A DNA stretch of 64,000 bases, taken from contig CAXWPL010000002.1 of the NCBI GenBank assembly GCA_963666215.2, positions 352,001-416,000 of the forward strand, read 5' to 3'. The stretch is from Acidobacteriota bacterium. GTDB taxonomy: Bacteria; Acidobacteriota; UBA890; WLXD01. A program made the translations under genes and the position numbers. Numbering within the stretch: the first letter of the stretch is position 1; every line of letters starts with the position of its first letter. Below the pieces are notes generated by a model. That model was not told where the DNA came from, did not search any database, and saw only the letters and a program-made list of their open reading frames with translations. Positions 9,649 through 19,002 of this stretch are shown in pieces.

Positions 9649-10542
9649 TTAGGAACTTTCTTCACTAGCACCGAGTGACCCCACGAATGCGTCCCACTCG
9701 TCGGACGCCATGCCGTATGTATGGTCAGGCCCCGGGAACTCTCGGCGTTCTACCTCTTCTTTGTAGGAGGTTATTGCCGTCTCAATTGTCGTTCCGAGAT
9801 CTGCGAATCGTTTGACAAACTTCGGCTGAAAATCTCCGTACATGCCCAACAGGTCGTTGGTGACCAGGACTTGGCCCGATGTCGACGACCCCGCTCCGAT
9901 TCCGATCGTCGGAATTCCGATCGCCTCTGTGATGTACGCTGCCACGCGGCCCGGAACGCTCTCCACGACGACCGAAAAACAACCGGCCTCCTCCACCGCT
10001 TGAGCGTCGCGGAGCAGGCTTGCAGCCGCCTCCCCCGTCCGCGCTTGCACCTTCCATCCGCCCCAAGCCCTGACGCGCTGCGGTGTGAGCCCGATATGAC
10101 CTTGAACGGGGATTCCCGCCCTTGTAATGGCACGTATGGTGTCGCTTACTTCGCCGCCTCCCTCTAATTTCACAGCGTCGACACCCCCTTCCTGCACAAG
10201 GCGTCCAGCCGCCCTTACTGCTGCCTCCACGCTCACGTGATAACTCATGAAAGGCATGTCGCCTACCAACAGTGCTCGCGTTACGCCTCGGCGCACGGCG
10301 CGGATGTGATGCAGCATGTCCTCGAGCGTTACGGACAACGTGTCCTTGTGCCCAAGCACGACCATACCCAGGGAATCGCCAACCAGAACTCCGTCTACCC
10401 CGGTCGCATCAATTATTCGCGCAATAGGGTAATCGTACGCAGTCAGCATGGTAATCGGGCGTCCGGTTGCGTACTTGTGTGCGAACGTCGCGACGGTCAC
10501 GTCGCGTGGATCATGTGCGCCGCCTACATCGTTATGAAGCAT
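9649..10542 (-). CDS. panB: 3-methyl-2-oxobutanoate hydroxymethyltransferase
   Basis: MLTAYDY, LVGDSLGM, DMPFMSY, AVKLEGG, GHIGLTPQ, IGIGAG..GQVLV; start chosen after GAGAGG RBS. Confidence 0.97.
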   Translation of the reverse strand: MLHNDVGGAHDPRDVTVATFAHKYATGRPITMLTAYDYPIARIIDATGVDGVLVGDSLGMVVLGHKDTLSVTLEDMLHHIRAVRRGVTRALLVGDMPFMSYHVSVEAAVRAAGRLVQEGGVDAVKLEGGGEVSDTIRAITRAGIPVQGHIGLTPQRVRAWGGWKVQARTGEAAASLLRDAQAVEEAGCFSVVVESVPGRVAAYITEAIGIPTIGIGAGSSTSGQVLVTNDLLGMYGDFQPKFVKRFADLGTTIETAITSYKEEVERREFPGPDHTYGMASDEWDAFVGSLGASEESS

Positions 10543-10775
10543 GGCCTCTCGAATCGTTACGCGCCGCTCCTGCGTCCACGCCCCGTTGCGGGCGAAGTCC
10601 TTCACAACGGCAGGGGCAAGACGCTCTCCCGGCAGAAGAAAGTGGTTAGCGACGTATTTTGTGCGATAGAGAGGATCGGGAGATCTTCCTCTCGCGAACG
10701 TTCTGCGGCTTGCGGGTGACCGCTGGCGATTCCGCCGTTTGCGGCTCTCCACACTCCACTGCGGGATGTTAGTGA

Positions 10776-11807
10776 TTATAGAACGCAGCGCTGAGCGGGC
10801 TCGACGGTGCCAGCTCGTGCTGCCGTGACGAACGCAGCTTGCGGAAGCTTAATACTTCCGCAAGGTGATGGAGTGAGAGACTGATGCATGTCCGGCTTGT
10901 CGGAGCTCCACGCCCAGCAGGCGTTCTCATCGAGATGAATATCCTCATCGGGACAGAACGCGAACTTGCTGAATTCCACGTGACGCTCCTGGTATCTCCG
11001 ATCCCCGAGTTTTCCGTGCCACAAGTGATAAATCGCTCCGGAGACGAATCCGATCCGTCCACGCACCTCTTTGAAGAACGGCCAAGCCCACGACAGGTAG
11101 TGCCGAGCTCGCGTCTCGTTCATATGAAGACTTCTGATCGACAACTCCGGAACCCCAAACGCTGCCGTCAACATCGCTCGGTCGCCGCTTCCGACAACAC
11201 ACGCGTCGTACAAGGAATGCCGACCAAGGAGAGACCTACGCGCCACCCAGGCGAAGCCGCCGGCGTGAGGGGTGGGTCTCAAGCGGGGTCCACCGCTTTG
11301 AAGCAACTCCTGTGGCGCGCATCCGCTGTGGACCATGGCGGCAAAGGAGCGGCCAGAGAAGGCATCCACACCACGACGAAATTGGTCGGGGTCGCTTTGC
11401 AGGGCAAGATCACAGAAATCCGCGAAAGGCTGGACGAGCGGTACGTTCTCCAACAGCGCGCGAGATCGTTCAGCCCAGTCGTCGCGCTCGAACACGACGT
11501 CGGCGTCGAGACAAGCGACGGCGTCACAATGCGCCGGCAGGGCAGCGACCGCGAGATTCAGGAGGCGCTCCTTCTGCCAGAGCACATCCGCGCCCTTGAT
11601 CTGGATCAGGATCGACGCATCCCCCGGGCCCAGCTCGAAGGTCGCGCCGAAGCTGAGCTCGACGGTGACCAAAGGCGACAGACTCTCTGCGGACGTGCGG
11701 TAGTTCGCAGAGCGATTGTGATAGCCAGAGGGATTGAAGTAGCAACAAACAGCCCACAGTCGATCCGACCGAGGGCGGCTGCCGTTGCCTCGAGCCACAG
11801 CTGTCAT
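10776..11807 (-). CDS. Uncharacterised GT-A-fold (glycosyltransferase-like) protein, C-terminus possibly disrupted
   Basis: YFNP, LWQKERLLNLAV, LDADVVF (DxD), GFAWVARR, VGSGD, HLWHG motifs. Confidence 0.65.
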   Translation of the reverse strand: MTAVARGNGSRPRSDRLWAVCCYFNPSGYHNRSANYRTSAESLSPLVTVELSFGATFELGPGDASILIQIKGADVLWQKERLLNLAVAALPAHCDAVACLDADVVFERDDWAERSRALLENVPLVQPFADFCDLALQSDPDQFRRGVDAFSGRSFAAMVHSGCAPQELLQSGGPRLRPTPHAGGFAWVARRSLLGRHSLYDACVVGSGDRAMLTAAFGVPELSIRSLHMNETRARHYLSWAWPFFKEVRGRIGFVSGAIYHLWHGKLGDRRYQERHVEFSKFAFCPDEDIHLDENACWAWSSDKPDMHQSLTPSPCGSIKLPQAAFVTAARAGTVEPAQRCVL

Positions 11808-11822
11808 GCGGGTACGACCGAG

Positions 11823-13967
11823 CTAGAGGTCCGTGCCGGCCGTGCGCTCGCGCTCGCGGATGACGAGGCGGTTGCCGGGGTAGAGGACCGTTCGCGGGCC
11901 GATGCCGTTCCAGGCGCACAGATCGTTGATCGTCGCGCCGAAGCGCGCCGCGATCGAAGTGAGGGTGTCGCCGCGGCGGATGGTGTAGGTGGTGGTCACG
12001 GCGGCTCCACCGGCGGAGGAGTGGATCGTCAGCTTGTCGCCCGGATGAATGATGTCGGAGCGTAGCGAGTTCCACTCGCGGATCGACGCGATCCGAACCC
12101 GATGGACTTGCGCGATCGAGCCCAGAGTGTCACCGCTCTGGACGGTGTAGCTAACGGGCTCGGCCTGTGGGGCCGCTGCGGCCGAAGGCTGATCGGGCGC
12201 GGTGGCCACGCTCGCAGAGGCCGACGCGGGCGTGGTACCACGCCCGCCGTACTCGATCTGGAGGCGGTTGCCCGGGTAGATGATGTGGGAGCTCAGGTTG
12301 TTCCAGCGTTTCACATCGGAGACGCGGGTCGAGTAGGACGAAGCGATCTGCCCGAGCGTCTCGCCACGACGGACGACGTGGACGATCGAGTCGCCGGCGG
12401 CGTGGTTGCTCCCTTGCGCAACGCTCCGAGATGCCACCGTGGCCCTCGCGCCAGGTTGACCCACCGGAATCAAGAGACGCTGGCCGATCGCGATGCGATG
12501 GCGGTTGCGGATGTTATTCATCTCGGCGATCGCGGTCAGGGAGGTGTCGTACTTGTCGGCGATGCCCGAAAGTGTCTCGCCTCGTCCGACGCTGTGTTCG
12601 ACGAAGAGCACCCGCTCGTTCCGAGGAATCGCGGCGAACGCGGCCTCGAAGCGGCCGGCCGTGCCGCGCGGCACGCGAACTGTGTACGCCTTGACGTTGG
12701 GCGTGGTGCGGCGCAGCAGCTGCAAGTTGAGATCCGCGATCGTGCCAACGTCCGAACCGGCGGCGTCGGCGATGACCTGCAGGTCGGCCATCGAATCGAT
12801 CACGACCTGGTCGAATTCCAGTGTTGGCTGCTGCTGCTCCACCGTAAATCCGTAACGCTCGGGGTCGGAGCCAATGATGATGGCAGCCAGCACCTTGGGG
12901 ACGAACTCGCGCGTCTCGCGTGGCAAGTAGGTGGTTTGGGCGAGCGACCAGAAGTCGTCGACACCGGCACGTTGCATCGCTCTCGCGACGCGTCCCTTGC
13001 CACCGTTGTAGGCGGCGATCATGAGGTGCCAATCCTGGAACTCGTCGTAGTAGTCGAGGATGAACTTGGCGATGGCCGTGGTTGCCTTGACCGGATCGCG
13101 GCGCTCGTCGACGTACCAGTCCACCCGCAGGCCGTAGAGGCGGGCGGTGGGGGCCATCAGCTGCCACATGCCCACGGCCGCGGCGCGTGAGCGTACGGTG
13201 GGCTTGAAGAGGCTCTCGATGAGCGGAATCCAGGCGAGCTCCAGCGGAACGCCAGCTTCCTCGAAGGTGTCGCGGATGTGGGGCAGATAGCGCTGCGCGC
13301 GGTTGATGCCTTCCTGGATCACCTCGTGCCTCTGGGTGGTCAGGAACTCGATGGCCTCGAGCACGGAGTCGTTGTCGAGCGGAACCGGAATCGAGAAGCG
13401 TGGTAGGTCGGGCATCGAGTCTTCGAGGCGGCTGCGCAGCAGCTTGATCTCGTCTTCGGTGAGCGTTGGAACGGCTTCGTTCTCGAGCTCGGTCGCCGGC
13501 GCCTCGGGCAAATCGGGAAGGCGCTCCGGCTGCTGTCTCTCGATACGGCGGATCATGCGCTCGAGCGACGCCTCGAAGGCTTGCTCGCCTTCTGGGGGCA
13601 GATCTGCCTCGGTGTAGGCCTCGATTGCGGCGTCGAAATGCAGCTCGGCGTCGTAGTCGCGTCCCTCGCCAATCGCCGCTCGGCCGCGCGCGAAGCGCAG
13701 CTCGGCTTCGGTCTCGATTTCCGTCAACGAGGGTGGGGGAGCGATCTTGACGACCAGCGGGTCTTCTTTGGCGATCGGCACGGGAGGCTCGGGGGCCACT
13801 CGCGGCGGCTCAGAGCCCGAGCAGGCTGCCAGAACGAACAGCGCGACGAGGCAGGCCGAACCAGCGGCCGAGTGAGCTGTTCTCGCGCGGGCCGGCTGGG
13901 AAAGAAGAGCGGCGTCGCGCGCGGCGGCAGCATCGCGGTGGTCGCTAGAGCCGAACGAAGATCCCAT
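11823..13967 (-). CDS. MltD-like lytic murein transglycosylase lipoprotein with four LysM domains
   Basis: Lipobox LAAC; SLT motifs IESLF, AAVGMWQLM, AAYNGG, ETREFVPK; four V/IxxG(E/D)TL LysM repeats; start uncertain. Confidence 0.92.
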   Translation of the reverse strand: MGSSFGSSDHRDAAAARDAALLSQPARARTAHSAAGSACLVALFVLAACSGSEPPRVAPEPPVPIAKEDPLVVKIAPPPSLTEIETEAELRFARGRAAIGEGRDYDAELHFDAAIEAYTEADLPPEGEQAFEASLERMIRRIERQQPERLPDLPEAPATELENEAVPTLTEDEIKLLRSRLEDSMPDLPRFSIPVPLDNDSVLEAIEFLTTQRHEVIQEGINRAQRYLPHIRDTFEEAGVPLELAWIPLIESLFKPTVRSRAAAVGMWQLMAPTARLYGLRVDWYVDERRDPVKATTAIAKFILDYYDEFQDWHLMIAAYNGGKGRVARAMQRAGVDDFWSLAQTTYLPRETREFVPKVLAAIIIGSDPERYGFTVEQQQPTLEFDQVVIDSMADLQVIADAAGSDVGTIADLNLQLLRRTTPNVKAYTVRVPRGTAGRFEAAFAAIPRNERVLFVEHSVGRGETLSGIADKYDTSLTAIAEMNNIRNRHRIAIGQRLLIPVGQPGARATVASRSVAQGSNHAAGDSIVHVVRRGETLGQIASSYSTRVSDVKRWNNLSSHIIYPGNRLQIEYGGRGTTPASASASVATAPDQPSAAAAPQAEPVSYTVQSGDTLGSIAQVHRVRIASIREWNSLRSDIIHPGDKLTIHSSAGGAAVTTTYTIRRGDTLTSIAARFGATINDLCAWNGIGPRTVLYPGNRLVIRERERTAGTDL

Positions 13968-15825
13968 GCTGTTTGCCAAGGTCATTCGCCAGGGGAGTGA
14001 GAATCGTATGGGGGCCGATGCAGATCCGGCGGCCGTCGTCGACGGCGCTGCGAACGTCTGCCTCGCAGACGAAGGGCTCGGGGTTCTGATCGAGTGGCCG
14101 GGGCGAGCGGCGCGACGAGGCTGTCGTGTCCGCTTGCCCCGATTTGGAAACCATCGAGATTGCCGGCACCTCTTGTTGGCTCGGTTGGCTTGCGAGGGCG
14201 CCACTTCCGAGGGGCGCTTGCGGCCGTTCCTGTTGGCGGCGAACAGGGGCCGCCCCCTCGGTCGTCGAACGATCCCGCACCGTAGGCGACGGTGGCGCTG
14301 CGTTCGACGAGATGAGGTCAACATCAGCTCCCGGCTCGGCGGCGATTATACCCCGGGCCGCGAGGAACACGGCGACCCGGGATTCCAGGCCCGCGTTCGG
14401 GGCCGAGTCGGGCTCGACAGCCTCGGCGAACGGCAACTGTCCGGGATCCGGAGATGGCCGAGAGAGGTCGCGAACGCCCACCGCGAGTCGTTTGATGTTG
14501 ATCAGATGCTGTGGGCCGACGTTGTCGGAGGTGACGTTGTTGCCCCAAGAGCCGCATCCGAGCGTCATCGATGGGAACAGGTTGGTGGTTGCCCCCACCG
14601 AGCCGAGAGCGGTCATCGTGTTGACCAGAATCCTGTGTGCTGGCTTGTGCAGACCGAACTCGAGGACCACGGCGTCGTCGCGCGAGTGGATGGCCATGGT
14701 GTGGCCGAGTCCGCCGAATCGCAGTAGCTCGGTGCAACGCTCGCAGCCCTCACGCCAGTCGTCGACCTCGTAGTAGGCGAGAACAGGCGAGAGCTTTTCG
14801 TGTGAGAGCGGATACGCCCGGCCCACGCCGTCCTGCGGGCAAACGAGCACGAGCGTGTCGTCGGGGACGGTGAGTCCCGCCGCCTGCGCGATTGCGGTTG
14901 CTGGCTTGCCGACGAGCTTCGGGTTCACCAGCTGCTGCTCGGTGATGAGCACCCGCGCTAGCTGCGCACACTCACTCGCGCTCAGGAAGTGGCCGCGGTT
15001 GGCGCGCACGGCCTCCCTTACCTGATCGGCAATCGCCCGGTCACAGACGATTGCTTGCTCCGAAGAGCACAGGGTGCCATTGTCGAACGTAGTACCAGAG
15101 ATGATGTGACGCACGGCGTCCGCCACGTCGGCGGTGCGCTCGATGTACGCGGGTGCGTTGCCGGGCCCCACCCCGAAGGCCGGCTTTCCAGCGGAGTAGG
15201 CGGCGCGCACCAGCCCCATGCCGCCGGTGGCGAGAATGACGTCGGAGTCCTTGCCCTCCATCAGCTCCCGGGTGCCCTCCATGCTCACGACGGTCATGCA
15301 GCCGATGGCGTCGCGCGGCGCCCCGGCGGCGACCGCCGCCTCCTGCATCACATCGGCGGCCGCCTTGATGCAGGCCTTGGCGGCGGGATGCGGCGACAGG
15401 ACGATGGAGCATCGCGCCTTGAGCGAGATGAGGCACTTGAATAGTGCGGTCGACGTCGGGTTCGTGCACGGAACGATGCCCGCGACGACGCCAACCGGCT
15501 CGGCGATTTCGCGAACCTGCTTCTCGATGTCCTCGCTGATGACACCCACGGTGCGCATGCCTCGCATGGCGTCGACCACCTGCTCGAGCACGAAGTTGTT
15601 CTTGCGAACCTTGTCCGCCGTCGACCCGAAGCCGGTTTCCTCGTGCGCCATACGCGCCAGGCGCTCGTTTTCGCGCAAGCCCGCCGCGGCCATCGATTCC
15701 ACGATCGCGTCGACCTGCTCCTGCGAAAACCCTTCGAGCTGGCGTTGCGCGACCTTGGCTGCGCGCAACAGCGTGCGGACCTCATGAATCGAGCGGAGGT
15801 CGCGGTCCAGGTCGGTTCCTGACAT
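13945..15825 (-). CDS. CoA-acylating aldehyde dehydrogenase, microcompartment type, with C-terminal extension
   Basis: PCTNPTST, LATGGMGLVRAAYSAGKPAFGVGPGN, FDNGTLCSSEQ (catalytic Cys), EKLSP, SMTLGCG; adjacent to a BMC shell gene. Confidence 0.92.
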   Translation of the reverse strand: MSGTDLDRDLRSIHEVRTLLRAAKVAQRQLEGFSQEQVDAIVESMAAAGLRENERLARMAHEETGFGSTADKVRKNNFVLEQVVDAMRGMRTVGVISEDIEKQVREIAEPVGVVAGIVPCTNPTSTALFKCLISLKARCSIVLSPHPAAKACIKAAADVMQEAAVAAGAPRDAIGCMTVVSMEGTRELMEGKDSDVILATGGMGLVRAAYSAGKPAFGVGPGNAPAYIERTADVADAVRHIISGTTFDNGTLCSSEQAIVCDRAIADQVREAVRANRGHFLSASECAQLARVLITEQQLVNPKLVGKPATAIAQAAGLTVPDDTLVLVCPQDGVGRAYPLSHEKLSPVLAYYEVDDWREGCERCTELLRFGGLGHTMAIHSRDDAVVLEFGLHKPAHRILVNTMTALGSVGATTNLFPSMTLGCGSWGNNVTSDNVGPQHLINIKRLAVGVRDLSRPSPDPGQLPFAEAVEPDSAPNAGLESRVAVFLAARGIIAAEPGADVDLISSNAAPPSPTVRDRSTTEGAAPVRRQQERPQAPLGSGALASQPSQQEVPAISMVSKSGQADTTASSRRSPRPLDQNPEPFVCEADVRSAVDDGRRICIGPHTILTPLANDLGKQHGIFVRL

Positions 15826-15854
15826 CTAGCTGGCCGTGGTGGAAGTGTGGCGGG

Positions 15855-16166
15855 CTACTTCTTGACGCTTCTACCGGCAGCGGCGCTGGAGGGCGAATCG
15901 GGGAGGATCTTCTCGACCTCCTCGTGCGGCCGTGGAATGACGTGAACCGCAATCAGCTCGCCTACGCGTCGCGCGGCTGCCGCGCCGGCATCGGTGGCCG
16001 CTTTTACGGCACCCACATCCCCACGGACGATCACCGTGACGTAGGCCGCTCCGATCTGTTCGCGACCCACAAGCACCACGTTGGCGGTCTTGACCATGGC
16101 GTCGGCGGCCTCGATGGCGCCCACCAAGCCTTTGGTCTCGATCATGCCGAGCGCTTCAAGCGTCAT
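15855..16166 (-). CDS. BMC-H microcompartment shell protein (EutM/PduA-like)
   Basis: [48 protein letters not shown]. Confidence 0.97.
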   Translation of the reverse strand: MTLEALGMIETKGLVGAIEAADAMVKTANVVLVGREQIGAAYVTVIVRGDVGAVKAATDAGAAAARRVGELIAVHVIPRPHEEVEKILPDSPSSAAAGRSVKK

Positions 16167-16615
16167 ACCGTCCCCCCGGATTCAGTCGCCGTTTTCACAC
16201 CGAAGCCGGTCAGCCTCCGCGTGCGTCCACCCGCCACCCACAGCGCGCGAGCGCCGCTGGAGCCGGCGCTCACGTGAGTTGGACGGTGCGAAACCTAGCA
16301 TGGGCCAGAAGCGAGGGTCAACGAGAGCCCGACAGCTCGCCGTCCGCGGAGGGGGCTCTTCCTTGCCGGCGTCCGACCCCTAAAGTAGACTCGCTTCGCC
16401 CGGGTGCGGGCTATCGATCAAACCTGACGTGCTGCTCGAGCTGCAGCCGCCGATTTGCCGTCGCCCGCCCGGTGCAGTGTGATTCGGGAGCTCGCGATTT
16501 GCGTGGGCTCCGCGCGAGTTCACGACAAATCAAGAATCGCCGACCGCTTTGCTTCCTAGCCGGGACAACCGGGCATTTCGTCGATGCTCGAGTTGCCCGA
16601 TGCGTGAGTTGAACA

Positions 16616-17536
16616 ATGCCGAAACGTTCTCGATTCCAAACGCGACCCGACATCACAGAAGCGCAGCCGCGGTCCCGCGCCTCGCTCGCCGTGCTCGCCA
16701 CGGCGGCGGCGTTCTTCGCCGCCGGCTGCGCCGGTGAGTCGGGCACGGCCCGAATCGCCGCGACCCCGGCGATTGACCTCCCCAACAGCGTGGCAGTTGG
16801 CGAGCCGCTCGACATCGGCTACTCCTGGGAGCTCGCCGACGACTTTGCGGCGCCGGGCGACGACTATCAGGTGTTTGTCCACATGCGGGCCCCCGACGGG
16901 ACGGTCCTGTTTCAGGACGACCACTATCCCAGCGAGCCGACCACGGTGTGGAGCGCGGGAACCACCCAGAGCTACCGACGCTGGTACTACCCGCCGGAGG
17001 ATCTGGAAGTCGAGTACATCGACTTCGTCGTCGGGCTGTACAACGAGGCCGGCCGCGCCGAGGTCATGCACGACGGCGCTTGGCAGAACGAGGCGAATGT
17101 TCGTCGTGTGCAGATCCGCGTGGAGGACCTGAGCGGCATTCCGGTGTGGATGAACGGCTGGCACCCGCTCGAGCAGATCAGCGAGCCCGAGGAGCAGCAG
17201 TGGCGCTGGAGTGCCGGCGAGGCGCACGCGCTGTTCGCCAACCCACGCACCGACGCCATTCTGCACCTGCATGCTCACGGGCCCTTCGATGAGATCGGGG
17301 CGCAGCGGGTCGTTTTTCTGATTGGCGAGGTGGAGGTCGCGAGCATCGACATTTCTGACGCCGCGGCTTTCGTCGAGCGGCTCGAGATTTCGGCGGCGGC
17401 GCTCGGCGAAGAGGATTGGACCGAGCTGGTCATGCGGGTGGAGCCGTCGATGCTGCCACGCGAGCTCGATCCGGAGTCCACCGATGATCGTGAGCTCGGG
17501 TTGCAGGTGTACTCGCTGTTCCTGTCGTCCTCGTAG
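16616..17536 (+). CDS. Hypothetical lipoprotein
   Basis: Lipobox AAGC; YQVFVH..QDDH and GWHPLE..WRWS..DDRELG beta-sandwich-like segments. Confidence 0.8.
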   Translation: MPKRSRFQTRPDITEAQPRSRASLAVLATAAAFFAAGCAGESGTARIAATPAIDLPNSVAVGEPLDIGYSWELADDFAAPGDDYQVFVHMRAPDGTVLFQDDHYPSEPTTVWSAGTTQSYRRWYYPPEDLEVEYIDFVVGLYNEAGRAEVMHDGAWQNEANVRRVQIRVEDLSGIPVWMNGWHPLEQISEPEEQQWRWSAGEAHALFANPRTDAILHLHAHGPFDEIGAQRVVFLIGEVEVASIDISDAAAFVERLEISAAALGEEDWTELVMRVEPSMLPRELDPESTDDRELGLQVYSLFLSSS

Positions 17537-17694
17537 CGCAGAATGCGGAACGCGGCGGTGACCGATCTCGACAGAAGAAACGATTTCTCAGGGTGATAAG
17601 TAGAGGCTGGTAACGGAAAGGGGGACTGCGGCGACCGTCTAACACTCTCAAAGGCGTGGATCGCAGCGGCTGCAGCGCAGCAGGGGGCGAAACG

Positions 17695-18762
17695 ATGGGC
17701 AAGGCAAAGACGAACGAAGCGAACGGCAAGTTGAAGGCGGCGGAGCTCGCCATCAGTCAGATCGAGCGCCAGCACGGCAAGGGCTCGATCATGCGGCTCG
17801 GCGACCGGAGCGCCATCGATGTGCCGAGCATTTCGACGGGCTCGATTGGACTCGATTTGGCGATCGGCGTCGGCGGCGTGCCGCGCGGGCGTGTGATCGA
17901 GATCTATGGGCCCGAATCGTCGGGCAAGACGACGCTCGCCTCACACATCGTCGCCAACGCCCAGCAGGCGGGCGGCCTTGCCGCGTTCATCGACGCTGAG
18001 CACGCCATCGATCCGGAGTACTCAAGAGCACTGGGCGTGATCGTTGATGACCTGCTGGTGTCGCAGCCAGATTCCGGTGAGCAGGCGCTGGAGATCTGCG
18101 AAACGCTGGTACGCTCGGCCGCACTCGACATCGTCGTCATCGACTCAGTGGCGGCGCTGGTGCCACGCGCCGAGATCGAGGGCGAGATGGGCGACATGCA
18201 GCCCGGTCTGCAGGCGCGGCTCATGTCGAAGGCCATGCGCAAGCTCACTCATGTCGTTTCCAAGTCGATGACGACGCTGCTCTTCATCAATCAAGTGCGC
18301 GAGAAGATCGGTGTGATGTTCGGTAGCCCCGAAACCACGCCCGGAGGTCGCGCGCTCAAGTTCTATAGCTCGGTGCGGCTCGACATCCGCCGTATCGGCT
18401 CGATCAAGGATGGCGACCAGTTCGTCGGCAACCGCACGCGCGTGAAGGTGGTCAAGAACAAGGTCGCGTCGCCGTTCCGCATGGCCGAGTTCGATGTCAT
18501 CTACGGCCGCGGGATCTCGCGCGAGGGCGAGCTCATCGACATCGGTGTGCACGAGGGAATCGTCGACAAGTCGGGCGCCTGGTTCTCATACGGCGATACC
18601 CGCCTGGGTCAGGGGCGCGAGAACTCCAAGCGCTTCCTCGAGGAGAACATCGAGGTCGCCGCCGACATCGACCGCCGCCTGCGCGAAAAGCTGGGCATCT
18701 CCCCGATGCCGCAAGAAGCACCGGCGGCCGCCGAACCCGTCCCGGAAGCCGCCACGGCGTAG
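17695..18762 (+). CDS. recA: Recombinase RecA
   Basis: [38 protein letters not shown]. Confidence 0.99.
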   Translation: MGKAKTNEANGKLKAAELAISQIERQHGKGSIMRLGDRSAIDVPSISTGSIGLDLAIGVGGVPRGRVIEIYGPESSGKTTLASHIVANAQQAGGLAAFIDAEHAIDPEYSRALGVIVDDLLVSQPDSGEQALEICETLVRSAALDIVVIDSVAALVPRAEIEGEMGDMQPGLQARLMSKAMRKLTHVVSKSMTTLLFINQVREKIGVMFGSPETTPGGRALKFYSSVRLDIRRIGSIKDGDQFVGNRTRVKVVKNKVASPFRMAEFDVIYGRGISREGELIDIGVHEGIVDKSGAWFSYGDTRLGQGRENSKRFLEENIEVAADIDRRLREKLGISPMPQEAPAAAEPVPEAATA

Positions 18763-18873
18763 CCGGTTCGGAGTCGAGCCCTCAGGCCCAGAGTCGAGTC
18801 CTCAGTCAGCAAGGGGATGTGCGGTCTCGGCCGCCAGCGCGGCCCTTGTCCCTTCGGCCTTGCTGGGGAGAGG

Positions 18874-18999
18874 CTACGAGTCGTCGTACTTGGCGCCCGT
18901 CTCGACGATCTTCTTGGCGCAGAACGCCAGTAGGCCAATCACGAAAGTCCATGCAAGGGCCATGAACACCAAGCCGCCGATGGTGAGTGTCGTCGTCAT
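18874..18999 (-). CDS. 41-aa single-TM protein, probable MetS-like small subunit of the NSS transporter
   Basis: Translated by hand: MTTTLTIGGLVFMALAWTFVIGLLAFCAKKIVETGAKYDDS*; starts 3 nt after the transporter stop. Confidence 0.8.
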   Translation of the reverse strand: MTTTLTIGGLVFMALAWTFVIGLLAFCAKKIVETGAKYDDS

Positions 19000-19002
19000 C
19001 TT

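Noticed and set aside
13968-14324. N-terminal extension giving an 833-aa MltD; likewise the 745-aa TolB and the 852-aa and 501-aa AlkP ORFs
   Set aside because: Extensions are off-frame readings of the upstream genes; signal peptides and motifs place the starts downstream
15855-16166. Calling the BMC locus ethanolamine (eut) or propanediol (pdu) utilisation
   Set aside because: No signature enzyme; shell and dehydrogenase alone do not define the type
17537-17694. LexA box upstream of recA
   Set aside because: No convincing CTGT-N8-ACAG, GAAC-N4-GTTC or GTTC-N7-GTTC match by eye
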